NCBI GenBank assembly: GCA_038231275.1
Contig: JBBRLQ010000016.1
Span: 128,001-192,000 of the forward strand
DNA: 64,000 nt
DNA from: Polyangiales bacterium
Lineage (GTDB): Bacteria > Myxococcota_A > Polyangia > Polyangiales > Polyangiaceae
Reading direction: 5' to 3'
Position 1 is the first letter of the stretch; each line of letters begins with the position of its first letter. The translations under genes were made by a program, and so were the position numbers. Below, piece after piece: positions 19,418 to 28,878 of the stretch. A model generated the notes under the pieces. It did not search any database and was not told where the DNA came from. It was given only the letters and a program-made list of their open reading frames with translations.

Positions 19418-21991
19418 TCAGCCGAACCAGTACGCGAGCTTCACGAGCACCACGTCGGTGGCCGGTCCCTTGCCGACCGATCCGAAGTGCAACCCGCCTA
19501 CGTCGTTCGGCCCCAGCGTCACGTTCGGCTGCTGCGCGCGCGTGTACACGAGGAAGAGCGTCGAGCCGAGGCGGTACTCCCAGCGCACGACCGCGTTGAC
19601 GTTGAGCACCGCCTCCTCGAAATCGGGATTGCCCGGCAACACTCCGACGAACGGCGTCAAGTCGCCCACGCGCACCGCCGAGCGCGGGCCGCCCGCGGTG
19701 AACGACGAGAACTCGGTGTAGTGCCCCGATGCGACGAGGAGCTGTCCGTACGTCTGGAGCGTGAGGCGTGGCGTAAACGTGTAGGTTGCACGAATCGTCG
19801 CGCCGAGGGCCTTCGCCTCGAGCTTGCCGAAGAGGTACTGCGACGGGCCCGCGCCGAGGCCGACGAAGCGCGGCTCGCCGAAGGTGTAAACGGCGGTGGG
19901 CAGCACCTCGACGTCGAGCTGCGTGAGTACACGGAAGAGGACGCCCGCGGTCGCGTTGAAGATGAGCCCGCCGTTCGTGACCCACTGCGACTGCGTCTCC
20001 GCGTGGAAGCTGACCTTCTTCGTCGGATCGCTCTCGACCTCGAGCTCGTAACCGGCGAGACCCGAGCGCTGGAGCGCGGTGCCGTCGCCGACTTCCCGGT
20101 CGTCGAAGTAGGCGGTGCGGTAGTGGGCTTCGGTAAAAAACTTCCAGTAGTTGTCGAGCGTGCCCGAGACGTTCAGCTGGTAGCCGCCGCCGAGATCGCG
20201 GCCGTCCAAGTTGTAGCGGTCGAAGTACTCGAGCTTCGCGTGCGCCTCGAGGAACACCCACCACTTCTCGAGCTCGCGGTACTCGAGGTCGAGTCGCCAG
20301 CGGTAGTTGTTGGCGCGGCGATCGAAGCCGAGATCGTTGACGTCGAGCTTCCGGTCGTTGAACTCCGCGTTGAGCGCTCCGACCCAGTGCTTGCCGCCCT
20401 CCTTGGAGACGGTGCCTACCGCGCCGGTGCCGATGTCGCCGGGTTGAATCGTAGTGCCGTCGGGGACGTGGCGCGGCGAGCCGTTCTGCAGCTCGGACGC
20501 GACGGCCTGGCCGTTGACGAGCCAGTCGCCGGCCTCGGACCGCCACTGCCCGTCGACGCCGACGACGTAGGCGTTGTTGAAGCAGCGTGAGCCCGCCGGG
20601 ACGACGCTGCTCGGACCGGCGTGGAGCGCGGGGTTGAGCGAGCGCACCGCCGACGTCGCGTCGATCGCGTTGGGGCAGAGTTGGCCGCCGTTCGCGAGGC
20701 GCGCATGGCCGGACGTCGGCTCGGCGTAGTCGACGGCCGTGCCCATGATTCCGAGGTACGCCTTCTCGCTGAGCTCGCGTCTGAGGCGCAGCACGTTGAA
20801 CGCGGCGAGCGGCTCCACCGATCGCGTGACGCGCGTGCCGTCGCCGAGCTGGACCTGCACGTCGTTCTTCGCGGTGAGGGCCTGGAGCGTCCCGATCGTC
20901 CATCCGTCGGCGATGCGGCCGGTCAGCTTGCTGGCGCCGTAGATCGTGGGGGCGGACGGGACGTCGACGAGCTGCTCGGCGTTCACGGGATCCGTGCGGA
21001 GCTGCGGCGCGTCGGGCGAGCGACCGATGCGGCGCGTGTAGAGGAGCTGGATCGGCGTGGAGAACACGTCGACCCCCTCGAGGAAGAACGGGCGCTTCTC
21101 GGGGTAATACGTCTCGAAGTTCGTCAAGTTCAGGACGAGCTGATCGGCCTCGACCTGCGCGAAATCCGGGTTCACCGTCGCGTCGAGGGCGAGGTCGTAC
21201 GTCGGGTGCCATTTCACGTCGAGGCCTGCGCTCGCCGAAAAATCGGTGCCGTGCGCGAGCTGCGTCGACGCCGCGTCGCGGTGCTCCAGGCGCCCAACCA
21301 CGAACGGGCGCAGCTCGAACGGAGTCTTGGCGGTGAGGCCGCTCAGCCCATCGAGCTTTCCATAGCGGGAGACCTCACCGCCGGCGTCGCGCGGGATGAA
21401 GCTCCACTCGTCGGTCTCCTGCCGCTCGGACACACGCCGCTTGGCCTGCATCGACCACGACTGCACGGCGACGTCCGGAAAGCGGAGGATGTGGAGCGGG
21501 ATCTTCATCTCCACGGTCCACCCGGTGGCGGTCACGCGCGTGCGCGCTTCCCAGTTCTCGTCCCAGTTCTCGGCGGTCTGCGTGTCGGCGAAGCGCAGCG
21601 TATCGGTGAGCACGCCCGACGCGTTGACGCGGAACTCGTACGCGCTCTTGGAGTCGCCGCGCGTACCGAACGCGATCGAGACCCAGTCCGACTCGACGAG
21701 TCGCCCGCGCCGCGTCAATCGCTCGACGATCTTCGAGCGGGCTTGCTCGCAGTCGAAGGCGACGTAGACCGCCTCGTCGTCGTACACGATCCGGAGCGTC
21801 GTCGTTTCGCTGGGCGCTTGCCCTTCGTCCGGGAATTTCTGCGTGAACGCCGTCGACGCGGGCGTCTGTTTCCATGCGGCATCGTCAAGGACGCCGTCCA
21901 TCGTGGGCGCGGACGAGACCCGCGTGGCGACCAGGTGCGGGACCGGCCGAGGCGCGGTCGCCTGCATCGGCGGGAGAGCGAAAGGAAACAC
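19418..21991 (-). CDS. DUF5916-family outer-membrane protein with N-terminal CBM9-like domain
   Basis: PTMDGVLDDAAW, RIVYDDEAVYVAF, ATVNPDFAQVEAD, PEKRPFFLEG, C-terminal KLAYWF. Confidence 0.85.
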   Translation of the reverse strand: MFPFALPPMQATAPRPVPHLVATRVSSAPTMDGVLDDAAWKQTPASTAFTQKFPDEGQAPSETTTLRIVYDDEAVYVAFDCEQARSKIVERLTRRGRLVESDWVSIAFGTRGDSKSAYEFRVNASGVLTDTLRFADTQTAENWDENWEARTRVTATGWTVEMKIPLHILRFPDVAVQSWSMQAKRRVSERQETDEWSFIPRDAGGEVSRYGKLDGLSGLTAKTPFELRPFVVGRLEHRDAASTQLAHGTDFSASAGLDVKWHPTYDLALDATVNPDFAQVEADQLVLNLTNFETYYPEKRPFFLEGVDVFSTPIQLLYTRRIGRSPDAPQLRTDPVNAEQLVDVPSAPTIYGASKLTGRIADGWTIGTLQALTAKNDVQVQLGDGTRVTRSVEPLAAFNVLRLRRELSEKAYLGIMGTAVDYAEPTSGHARLANGGQLCPNAIDATSAVRSLNPALHAGPSSVVPAGSRCFNNAYVVGVDGQWRSEAGDWLVNGQAVASELQNGSPRHVPDGTTIQPGDIGTGAVGTVSKEGGKHWVGALNAEFNDRKLDVNDLGFDRRANNYRWRLDLEYRELEKWWVFLEAHAKLEYFDRYNLDGRDLGGGYQLNVSGTLDNYWKFFTEAHYRTAYFDDREVGDGTALQRSGLAGYELEVESDPTKKVSFHAETQSQWVTNGGLIFNATAGVLFRVLTQLDVEVLPTAVYTFGEPRFVGLGAGPSQYLFGKLEAKALGATIRATYTFTPRLTLQTYGQLLVASGHYTEFSSFTAGGPRSAVRVGDLTPFVGVLPGNPDFEEAVLNVNAVVRWEYRLGSTLFLVYTRAQQPNVTLGPNDVGGLHFGSVGKGPATDVVLVKLAYWFG

Positions 21992-21995
21992 GCCG

Positions 21996-22973
21996 TCAGT
22001 TCGCCGCGCGACCGTCCCACGCCGTGAGATCGAGGGCGGCCTTCACCGCCTTGGCGAGCTCCACCGACGGGCCACGGCCCCAGTAGTGGAGGAAGAGGAT
22101 GCGCGGAGTCTCCCCCGTCATGTGGTGGTGAATGGCGACGATGTCGACGCCGGATGCGCGGAGCGATTTCAGGACGGGCTGGAGCTCGGCCTCCGACACG
22201 GCGAAGTCACCGTCGACGACCGCGGCCTCGTCGGTTCCAGCGAACGCCGCCCACGTGCTCACGCCCATCGCCTTGCCCACGGAACAGCCGCACGACGCCG
22301 TCGCCTTGCGTCCCATCGTCGCTTTGTACATTCCGTCCTTCGCGACGCCCTTCACGCCAAGGGACGCGTCGAGCTTCGCGCCGTCGATCTTGCTCGGCGA
22401 CGCGAGCGCGGGGCGATCTGTGCGCGCGCGAGGCGTGGGGGATTTTTGCCTTATCGCTTTCTGCGCGTCGAGAGCGGCGCGGACGCCCTTGCCGAGGCGC
22501 TCGACGGTTCCCTCCCCGCCGATGTGCATGAAGAAGACGCGCGGCGTGTCGTAGAAAAAATGGTTGTGGAGCGCCGTCACTTCGACGGAGCCGTCGAGGA
22601 GCGCGCTCATCATCGGGTTCACTTCGTCCTCGAACGCGACGAGATCGCCCATGACCATCGCCTCTACACCGGGCTTCTCACCCGGCGTGAACGCGGCCCA
22701 CGACGTCAGCCCCATGAACGGCGGCATCGTCCAGCCGTCGACGGCGATGGGAACGTCGGCGCGCGGGAACGAGACCTTCACGGTGGCGTCTTGCGACTCG
22801 GGCTTGCCGCCGGTCGAGGCCGCGACGGCCGCCGGATCGATCGGCTTCGCCTTTGGCGTCGCGCTCGCGGTGGTGGCCGGAGGAGGAGTCGCCGGGGGCG
22901 TCGCGGGTGCCGACGCACAAGCGAACATGAGGAGTGAGGCGGCTGCGGCGAGGGCAGACTGGAACGCGCGCAT
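21996..22973 (-). CDS. DUF1259 (LppY/LpqO-like) lipoprotein, two domains
   Basis: Two repeats: MGLTSWAAF...TALHNHF...FFMHIGG and MGVSTWAAF...AIHHHM...LFLHYWG. Confidence 0.9.
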   Translation of the reverse strand: MRAFQSALAAAASLLMFACASAPATPPATPPPATTASATPKAKPIDPAAVAASTGGKPESQDATVKVSFPRADVPIAVDGWTMPPFMGLTSWAAFTPGEKPGVEAMVMGDLVAFEDEVNPMMSALLDGSVEVTALHNHFFYDTPRVFFMHIGGEGTVERLGKGVRAALDAQKAIRQKSPTPRARTDRPALASPSKIDGAKLDASLGVKGVAKDGMYKATMGRKATASCGCSVGKAMGVSTWAAFAGTDEAAVVDGDFAVSEAELQPVLKSLRASGVDIVAIHHHMTGETPRILFLHYWGRGPSVELAKAVKAALDLTAWDGRAAN

Positions 22974-23021
22974 GACTGGCGTCCTACCACGCGCGCGACG
23001 CTGCGAGGACGCGATCCGGCG

Positions 23022-23200
23022 TCATGGCGCGCCGCACGCGGGAGAGCTTCGACCTTCGAGCGAGACCGTCGCGCACGTCGTGAGGCCCACGGCCGCGCAG
23101 TCGACCGTCACGGGCACGCCGCGCTGACATCCTTTCAGCGTGGTGCCCGCGCATTCCTCCACGCACGACGGCGCGCTCGTGGGGATGCACGCGCGCGAGA
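23022..23200 (-). pseudogene. 3' fragment of a Cys-rich secreted protein
   Basis: CIPTSAPSCVEECAGTTLKGCQRGVPVTVDCAAVGLTTC with no credible start or signal peptide. Confidence 0.55.
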
Positions 23201-23229
23201 CGTCCCATGGGCGTCCGGCCGCGGGGCGG

Positions 23230-23419
23230 CCAGCTCGGAAAGGTGCAGACTGCACGCGGTGGAAACGCGTTCAGCTGCGCCATCCTCACGAGCAGCTGCA
23301 CGGCCGGCGACGCCGGATCGTGCGGACCCGTCGTGTGCTGGGGCGCCAACGGCAGCGGGCAGCTTGGCGCCGACGCGGGTGCGACGTCGAGTGTTCCCGT
23401 ATCGGTGTTGGCGCCGTAA
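23230..23419 (+). pseudogene. 3' fragment of an RCC1-repeat protein
   Basis: GGNAFSCAIL...VVCWGANGSGQLG...SSVPVSV is a single terminal RCC1 blade. Confidence 0.7.
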
Positions 23420-23428
23420 CGGCCGAGC

Positions 23429-24472
23429 CTAGAACTGCCCGGCCGCGCCGAACGTGCCGAGGCCGATCGTCGGAGAGATCCACGCGGTGGCCGGCTTCTT
23501 CGGCGCGGTCACGAGGAGGATCACGCCCGCCGCCGCCGCGACGCCGCCCACGACGAAGGCCACCGTCGAGATCGTCCCCATCGAGTGGTAGCTGTCGAGA
23601 TCGGAATTGAACTGGGTCGCGTCGCCCGCGCTACACGGCTTTGTCGCGCACGCGTTGCTCGAGAGATCGCTGTGCTTGCCCATCGCGATGATGCCGGTGA
23701 TGACGCCAACGAGGACACCGGCGCCGCCGACGCCGATTCCGACGTAGCCGAGCGTGCGGTTCATGGATCCGCCGTTCGTCGAGACGTCCGCGCCGGGAGG
23801 CGGCGGGTTGCCGGTCGTGGGCGGCGGCGCCTGCGGGTCGGTCGGCGGCGGCACCGGGGCGACGACGGCGGTCGGATCGCGCTCGAGGGCGAGCGTGAAC
23901 GTCGCGGCCTTTCCAGGATCGACGGTGAACGTCCCGTCGCCGGCCTTCATGCCGGGCGCCTCCGCGTGCACCGCGTGCTTGCCCGGGTTCACCGGACGCT
24001 CGAGGCCGAGGGCTGCGCTGGGGACGACCGCGCCGTCGAGCGTGACCTTCGGACCATCGGCGCCGGTGACCGTGAGCGTCACCTTCGACCGCTTGCCGGC
24101 GACCGTCTCGATCTCGGTCTTCGCGTCCTCGATGGCGCGCACGATCGTTGGGTTCGCGCCGGGCGGCGCACCCTCGAGGATGATGCGGTGGTAGCTCTCC
24201 CACGACTCGATGTACTTGCCCTGCTGCGCCTGCGCGCGCGCGAGGCCGAGCATCAGCGTCGGCGCGTGGTAGAGCGCGTCGGCTTGCGCGAAAAGCGTCT
24301 CGGCCCCCGCGTAGTCCTTCTTCTCGAGCGCTAGGTTGCCCTTCTCGCCGAGCTCGCGCGCTTGCCCGCGGTTCGCCTCGTTCTGCGCGCTCGCCGAAGA
24401 AGCGCAGAGAAGCGTGGCGAACGACAGCGCGACGCACGAGCGCGAGAACCGAGTCAGGCGTGACAAACGCAT
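23429..24472 (-). CDS. TPR plus PEGA domain protein with C-terminal membrane segments
   Basis: Signal peptide, helical TPR-like region, VTLDG...VNPGKH.V PEGA, Gly-rich TM hairpin. Confidence 0.85.
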   Translation of the reverse strand: MRLSRLTRFSRSCVALSFATLLCASSASAQNEANRGQARELGEKGNLALEKKDYAGAETLFAQADALYHAPTLMLGLARAQAQQGKYIESWESYHRIILEGAPPGANPTIVRAIEDAKTEIETVAGKRSKVTLTVTGADGPKVTLDGAVVPSAALGLERPVNPGKHAVHAEAPGMKAGDGTFTVDPGKAATFTLALERDPTAVVAPVPPPTDPQAPPPTTGNPPPPGADVSTNGGSMNRTLGYVGIGVGGAGVLVGVITGIIAMGKHSDLSSNACATKPCSAGDATQFNSDLDSYHSMGTISTVAFVVGGVAAAAGVILLVTAPKKPATAWISPTIGLGTFGAAGQF

Positions 24473-24746
24473 TCGAAGCCTCCTCTAGAGGACTGAGAGT
24501 AGAGGAGCGAGCCTATCGCATCGACGCGCGCGACCGCCAGCGACTACGACGCGCCGGACGCGCCGACTCGAGTAGGGCGTCATGCCGAAGTGAGGGCGGT
24601 TGTGCAGCGACTGCACGCGTTTTTCGCCGGGACTGCACTCGCCGTGCACCGGCGCACGCGCGTGCTCGCGGCTCCCACATTTTTGGCGTGAACGTTCTTC
24701 CTGTGGTGCTGGGAGAGTGATAGCTGTCAAATGAAGGGGCTTCTTG

Positions 24747-25160
24747 ATGGGACTTCGAACAAAGCTTCTCCCTGCTCTCTTCATTGCGGTGATCGTCGCC
24801 GCGGGAGGGTGCACGGGCGTGCTGGGAGATTTCTCCAGCGCGCAGATCGACGCCGATGGCGGCACGCTGCCGACCGGTGACTCCGGCGGAGACGTGAACA
24901 CGCCGCCCCCGCCGCCACCCGACGACGGCGGAAGCGACGCGCCGGTCGACATCGACTCGGGCTTCGACGCGGGTGTGGACTCGGCGATCCCGCTCGGCCC
25001 TCCCGGCAAGCCCGGCCAGTCCCTCACGGGCGGCGGCACCCTGGCGAAGAGCACGAACTACAAGGTTTGGGTCGCGGTCGGTGAATCCCCCGGTGGGCAG
25101 ATCACCTCGACCTCGACCTCGTACAAGCTTCAGAGCGGCGTGATCGGCGCGACGCAGTAG
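24747..25160 (+). CDS. Lipoprotein, putative fibre anchor
   Basis: Lipobox AGGC, Asp/Gly/Pro linker, C-terminal GGGTLAKSTNYKV...GE...STSYKLQSG. Confidence 0.75.
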   Translation: MGLRTKLLPALFIAVIVAAGGCTGVLGDFSSAQIDADGGTLPTGDSGGDVNTPPPPPPDDGGSDAPVDIDSGFDAGVDSAIPLGPPGKPGQSLTGGGTLAKSTNYKVWVAVGESPGGQITSTSTSYKLQSGVIGATQ

Positions 25161-25169
25161 TCGCAGGAG

Positions 25170-26195
25170 ATGAGCATGTCTACGAGAGCGATCGGTGGGT
25201 TGGCACTCGTCATTGGCTTGGGTTGGTCGTCGGTCGGTCACGCCGTGCCGCAGCTCCTCACGGAGCAGGGGCGCTTGCTCGACAAGAACAACATCCCCAT
25301 CACCACGCAAGTGACGATGAAGTTCAGCATCTACGCTGCGCCGGCGGCAGGCACCGCCGCGTGGACGGAGACGCAGTCGATCACGCCCGACAACGGGTTC
25401 TTCTCCGCAGAGCTCGGCTCGGTGACGCCGTTCACCGCAGGGCTCTTCGACGGAACGCCGAAGTACTTGGGCCTTCAAGTCGGCGCCGATCCGGAGATGT
25501 CGCCGCGCCAGCCGATGCTGACCACGCCGTACGCGCTCGTGTCCGACAACGCGACCGGCGACATCACGCCGAAGACGGTGTCGGTTGGCGGCGCGGTCGT
25601 CATCGACAAGACCGGCAAATGGGTGGGCTCGCCAACGGGGCTCGTGGGTCCGCAAGGACCGGCCGGTGCCACCGGACCGGCGGGACCGACGGGCGCGCCG
25701 GGGGCGGCGGGAGCGCAAGGACCGGCGGGACCGGCGGGACCGGCGGGACCGGCGGGCCCAACTGGCCCGCAGGGTCCAGCAGGCGCGACGGGCCCGCAGG
25801 GACCCGCAGGTCCGCCGGGACCGGTCGGGCCGATGAGCACCAGCCAGACTGGCCCATTTTCAGTCCCGGCCTCTGCCTTTACCTACAGCTTCCCGGTCCA
25901 GATCAACATCGGCGCCGCGAAGAGCTGCTTCGTCACATCCACGGGTTTCTTGTCCAACAATCCGGTGCTCACAGGGTTGAACCAAACCTATCCGGCTTAC
26001 AACGGAGGCGGGAGTGGTGACGTGAGGTCCGTCTACGGAGGTTACATGCCGTCGTCATCGTCGGCGTTCTCGTCCACGACCTATTCGTCCGTGTTCAACC
26101 TGACCCCGAATACGGTCTACCAGTTCGGATGTGCCCTCTACGCCGCGGTTGCACAGGGCGCCGGTTATTGCACCGTCTCCGTTGCCTGTTACTGA
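25170..26195 (+). CDS. Collagen-like fibre protein
   Basis: Signal peptide, QGRLLD...NGFF..ELG...PRQ....PYA N-domain, 22 consecutive Gly-X-Y triplets (25638-25835), C-terminal tip domain. Confidence 0.85.
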   Translation: MSMSTRAIGGLALVIGLGWSSVGHAVPQLLTEQGRLLDKNNIPITTQVTMKFSIYAAPAAGTAAWTETQSITPDNGFFSAELGSVTPFTAGLFDGTPKYLGLQVGADPEMSPRQPMLTTPYALVSDNATGDITPKTVSVGGAVVIDKTGKWVGSPTGLVGPQGPAGATGPAGPTGAPGAAGAQGPAGPAGPAGPAGPTGPQGPAGATGPQGPAGPPGPVGPMSTSQTGPFSVPASAFTYSFPVQINIGAAKSCFVTSTGFLSNNPVLTGLNQTYPAYNGGGSGDVRSVYGGYMPSSSSAFSSTTYSSVFNLTPNTVYQFGCALYAAVAQGAGYCTVSVACY

Positions 26196-26210
26196 GAGCC
26201 TCGTGACGTC

Positions 26211-27503
26211 GTGTCTCTCTTCGCGTTGAGCGACGCCGCGTGGCGCGTCGTCCTGCTCTACGCGCTTGGCGTGGCGCCCTACGCGGCGCCGCCCGAGGGT
26301 GTGGGCGCGCGCACGCCCGTCGTCGCCGCAGTGCGGTTCGCGATCTTCGTGGCGATCGCGCTCGCGCTCACCATCGTCGTCCGCCGCGCTGGCGCTAGGC
26401 ACCCGCGCTTGGCGCTCCTCGCAGCGCTGAGCCTCGTAGGCGTACCCATTGCGGCGTTCGTCTTCGCGGGCGACCGCGGACCGCTCGCGCGAGGCGCGTG
26501 GGTCGCGACGCCGCTCGTCTGGTGCACGATTGCTGCGGCGCTCGGCGGCCCGGCGGCCGCGCGTCTGTCGCGTGGAGCCGGCGAGCGGGTGGCGCGTCGG
26601 ACGGCGGTCGGTCTCGTCGCGGTGGGCCTGACGCTCGGCGCGGCCAGCATCGCGCTCGCCGCGCCGCAGCTCATGTCACGCGACGCGCTTTGGACACGCG
26701 CCATGGCGATCAATCCGGGCGATGAGAACGCGGCGCGCGCGATCGCCCTACGCGCCCGAGGGCGCGGGGATGCGCACGGCTCGTACGACACGTTCGCCGC
26801 GTGCCTGCGCCTGAAACCGAAGAACTGCGGCTGCGCCGAAGGCCTCGCCGAGGACGCCACCGACCTCGGGCGCCACCTCGACGCCCGCACAGCACTCGAC
26901 GCTACGGTCACGTGCCCGCCGACCGCGCACCGCATGGCGCTGACGGCCGAGGCCCTCGTCGGAACGCGCGCGCTCGACGAAGGCATCCGCGAGGCCGATC
27001 TCGCGCTCGCCCAGTCGCCCGATGACGCGCGCGCCACGTACGCGCGCGCGTGGGGCACGTACCTGAAGGGCAATGGCACGTCGGCACGCGCCGACGCCAA
27101 GCGCGCCGTCGAGCTCGGACGTGGCACGCAGGCGCGCCTCCTCTATGGGCTGCTCCTCTATGTCGCGGGCGATCTAGACCTCGCTTCTGCGGAGTTTCAG
27201 GCCATCCTCGCGTCGGAGCCGAACAACGTGCAGGCGACGTACGACTCGGCGCTCGTCGCGCAAAAGAAAAGTCAGTACCGCGAGGCGCGCGAGGGATACC
27301 TCCGTACGTTGAAGCTCGAGCCGAGCATGGCGGACGCGCGCTACAACCTCGTCGTGCTCACCCAGGGGCTCGGCGCGACGATGGAGGCGCAGCACCACCT
27401 CGACGAGTTCGTCGCGGCGTACCCGAACGATCCTCGCGCAACCTCGCTGCGCCAGCTGCTGACCGCTCCGCCGCCCCGCCGTGCCGTTACCCTCGGGAAC
27501 TAG
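26211..27503 (+). CDS. Membrane protein with TPR repeats
   Basis: Several N-terminal TM helices followed by TPR-like repeats (EPNNVQATYDSA, EPSMADARYNL). Confidence 0.8.
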   Translation: MSLFALSDAAWRVVLLYALGVAPYAAPPEGVGARTPVVAAVRFAIFVAIALALTIVVRRAGARHPRLALLAALSLVGVPIAAFVFAGDRGPLARGAWVATPLVWCTIAAALGGPAAARLSRGAGERVARRTAVGLVAVGLTLGAASIALAAPQLMSRDALWTRAMAINPGDENAARAIALRARGRGDAHGSYDTFAACLRLKPKNCGCAEGLAEDATDLGRHLDARTALDATVTCPPTAHRMALTAEALVGTRALDEGIREADLALAQSPDDARATYARAWGTYLKGNGTSARADAKRAVELGRGTQARLLYGLLLYVAGDLDLASAEFQAILASEPNNVQATYDSALVAQKKSQYREAREGYLRTLKLEPSMADARYNLVVLTQGLGATMEAQHHLDEFVAAYPNDPRATSLRQLLTAPPPRRAVTLGN

Positions 27504-27608
27504 CAAGAACGCCACGTAGTGCCCATTTGCCACACCAGCCCTCGCTTGACGTCGACCTTTCGCGTGAGCGCAGGCAGAACAATACTAGGGAGGCTATAGT
27601 TAAAAGCC

Positions 27609-27625
27609 TTGGCACAGCGCATGCT
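27609..27625 (+). promoter_or_regulatory. Sigma54 (-24/-12) promoter upstream of OmpA gene
   Basis: TTGGCACAGCGCATGCT: GG-N10-GC with TGGCAC; AT-rich tract upstream; AGGAGG RBS at 27661. Confidence 0.7.
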
Positions 27626-27672
27626 GCCGCGCTCACTTGAAAATCGAAAGCTCGACCCCAAGGAGGTTACCC

Positions 27673-28215
27673 ATGCGCCCCATCGTTGCCCTCTCTCCCC
27701 TGACGCTCGCCGCCGCGCTGATGCTCGGCTGCGCGGACAAGCCCATCGTGAATCCCCCCCAGACGCCGGTCCACCAAACGACGACGACGACCGCAGCGCC
27801 GCCTCCCGCGAAGGCGCCCGATCAGAGCGGCCGTCCGCTCCTCGTCTCCGATGACATCGTGAAGGCGTGCAACCTCCAGCTTGGCAATGTCGAGTCCGCG
27901 CCGAAGTTCGACTTCGACAAGACCGATCTGTCACCGACCGATCGCAACGTGCTTCAGCAGATTGCGACGTGCGTGACGACCGGCCCGCTCAAGGGTCGCA
28001 CGCTCAAGCTCATCGGACGCGCCGACGCGCGCGGCGAGGCCGAGTACAACATGGGCCTCGGCGAGCACCGCGCCGACAGCGTGAAGCGCTACCTCGGAGG
28101 CCTCGGCGTGCCCGGCGGCCAGGTGACCGAGACGTCGCGCGGCAAGCTCGACGCGACGGGGACCGACGACGCGACGATGCAGCGCGATCGCCGCGTCGAC
28201 ATCGCGCTCCAGTAA
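27673..28215 (+). CDS. OmpA/Pal-family peptidoglycan-associated lipoprotein
   Basis: Lipobox MLGC; FDFDK, GRADARGEAEYNMGLGEHRA, SRGK, DRRVDI. Confidence 0.92.
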   Translation: MRPIVALSPLTLAAALMLGCADKPIVNPPQTPVHQTTTTTAAPPPAKAPDQSGRPLLVSDDIVKACNLQLGNVESAPKFDFDKTDLSPTDRNVLQQIATCVTTGPLKGRTLKLIGRADARGEAEYNMGLGEHRADSVKRYLGGLGVPGGQVTETSRGKLDATGTDDATMQRDRRVDIALQ

Positions 28216-28246
28216 CTCCAGCGGCTCCAGCTTGGAGAGAGCGGCG

Positions 28247-28726
28247 TCAGCGCAGCGGTGCGAACATGTCGGCGAGGGAGCGGGCTCCTTCGCCGCGGAT
28301 TCGGCGCTGCGCTTCGGCCCACGCCTCCGAGGGGCTGCTCGGCGCGGTCTCGTCGTCGGAGGCGCGGTGCCAGCTCCATTGCTCGACCAGACGCGCGCCG
28401 CCCACGCGAAAGAGCGCCACGCCTTGCGTCTCGCGCAGGGCGCCGTCGCGTGACCTGCGGATCGTCGCCCGCGCGGCGACCAGATCTCCGTCGGCGCCGA
28501 GGATCTCGAACGCGATGTCCGCATCAGGGTGGGCGGCGCGAAAGCGGGGGACGAGCGACCGCACCGCGGCGGGCCCGAGGACGCCGGGCTGCGCGTGATC
28601 GAGGTACCCCGGCCCGAGCACCGCGTCGGCCACCGCGCCCTCACCGGTGCTCCACATCTCGAAGTACCGTCGCACGAGCGCCTCGCTCTCCAGGACCTGC
28701 GAGCCATGATTCGGGGGGATGCACAT
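28247..28726 (-). CDS. SnoaL-like (NTF2 fold) ester cyclase family protein
   Basis: ALVRRYFEMW, YLDH, FRAAHPD, ADGDLVAAR, LFRVGGARLVEQW; AAGGAG RBS. Confidence 0.8.
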   Translation of the reverse strand: MCIPPNHGSQVLESEALVRRYFEMWSTGEGAVADAVLGPGYLDHAQPGVLGPAAVRSLVPRFRAAHPDADIAFEILGADGDLVAARATIRRSRDGALRETQGVALFRVGGARLVEQWSWHRASDDETAPSSPSEAWAEAQRRIRGEGARSLADMFAPLR

Positions 28727-28757
28727 GCGGGGCTCCTTTCGTGCGGGCGGTCGCAAT

Positions 28758-28810
28758 CGGAACGCTGCTTCCGTTTAATAGTTATACGGAACCTCCCCTC
28801 CGCTTGTCAA
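28758..28810 (-). promoter_or_regulatory. Sigma70 promoter with overlapping palindromic operators
   Basis: Minus strand TTGACA-N18-TATAAC; two CGGA-N8-TCCG sites (28758-28773, 28787-28802). Confidence 0.7.
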
Positions 28811-28878
28811 CGCACGCCGGAGACCCTTCTTTTCCCGCGGATTCGCCGAGTGCGAGGGGCCTGGGCTAGACTGCCGCC

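Noticed and set aside
25170..26195. Prophage tail fibre or diversity-generating retroelement target
   Set aside because: Has a Sec signal; no phage genes, reverse transcriptase or template repeat in the window
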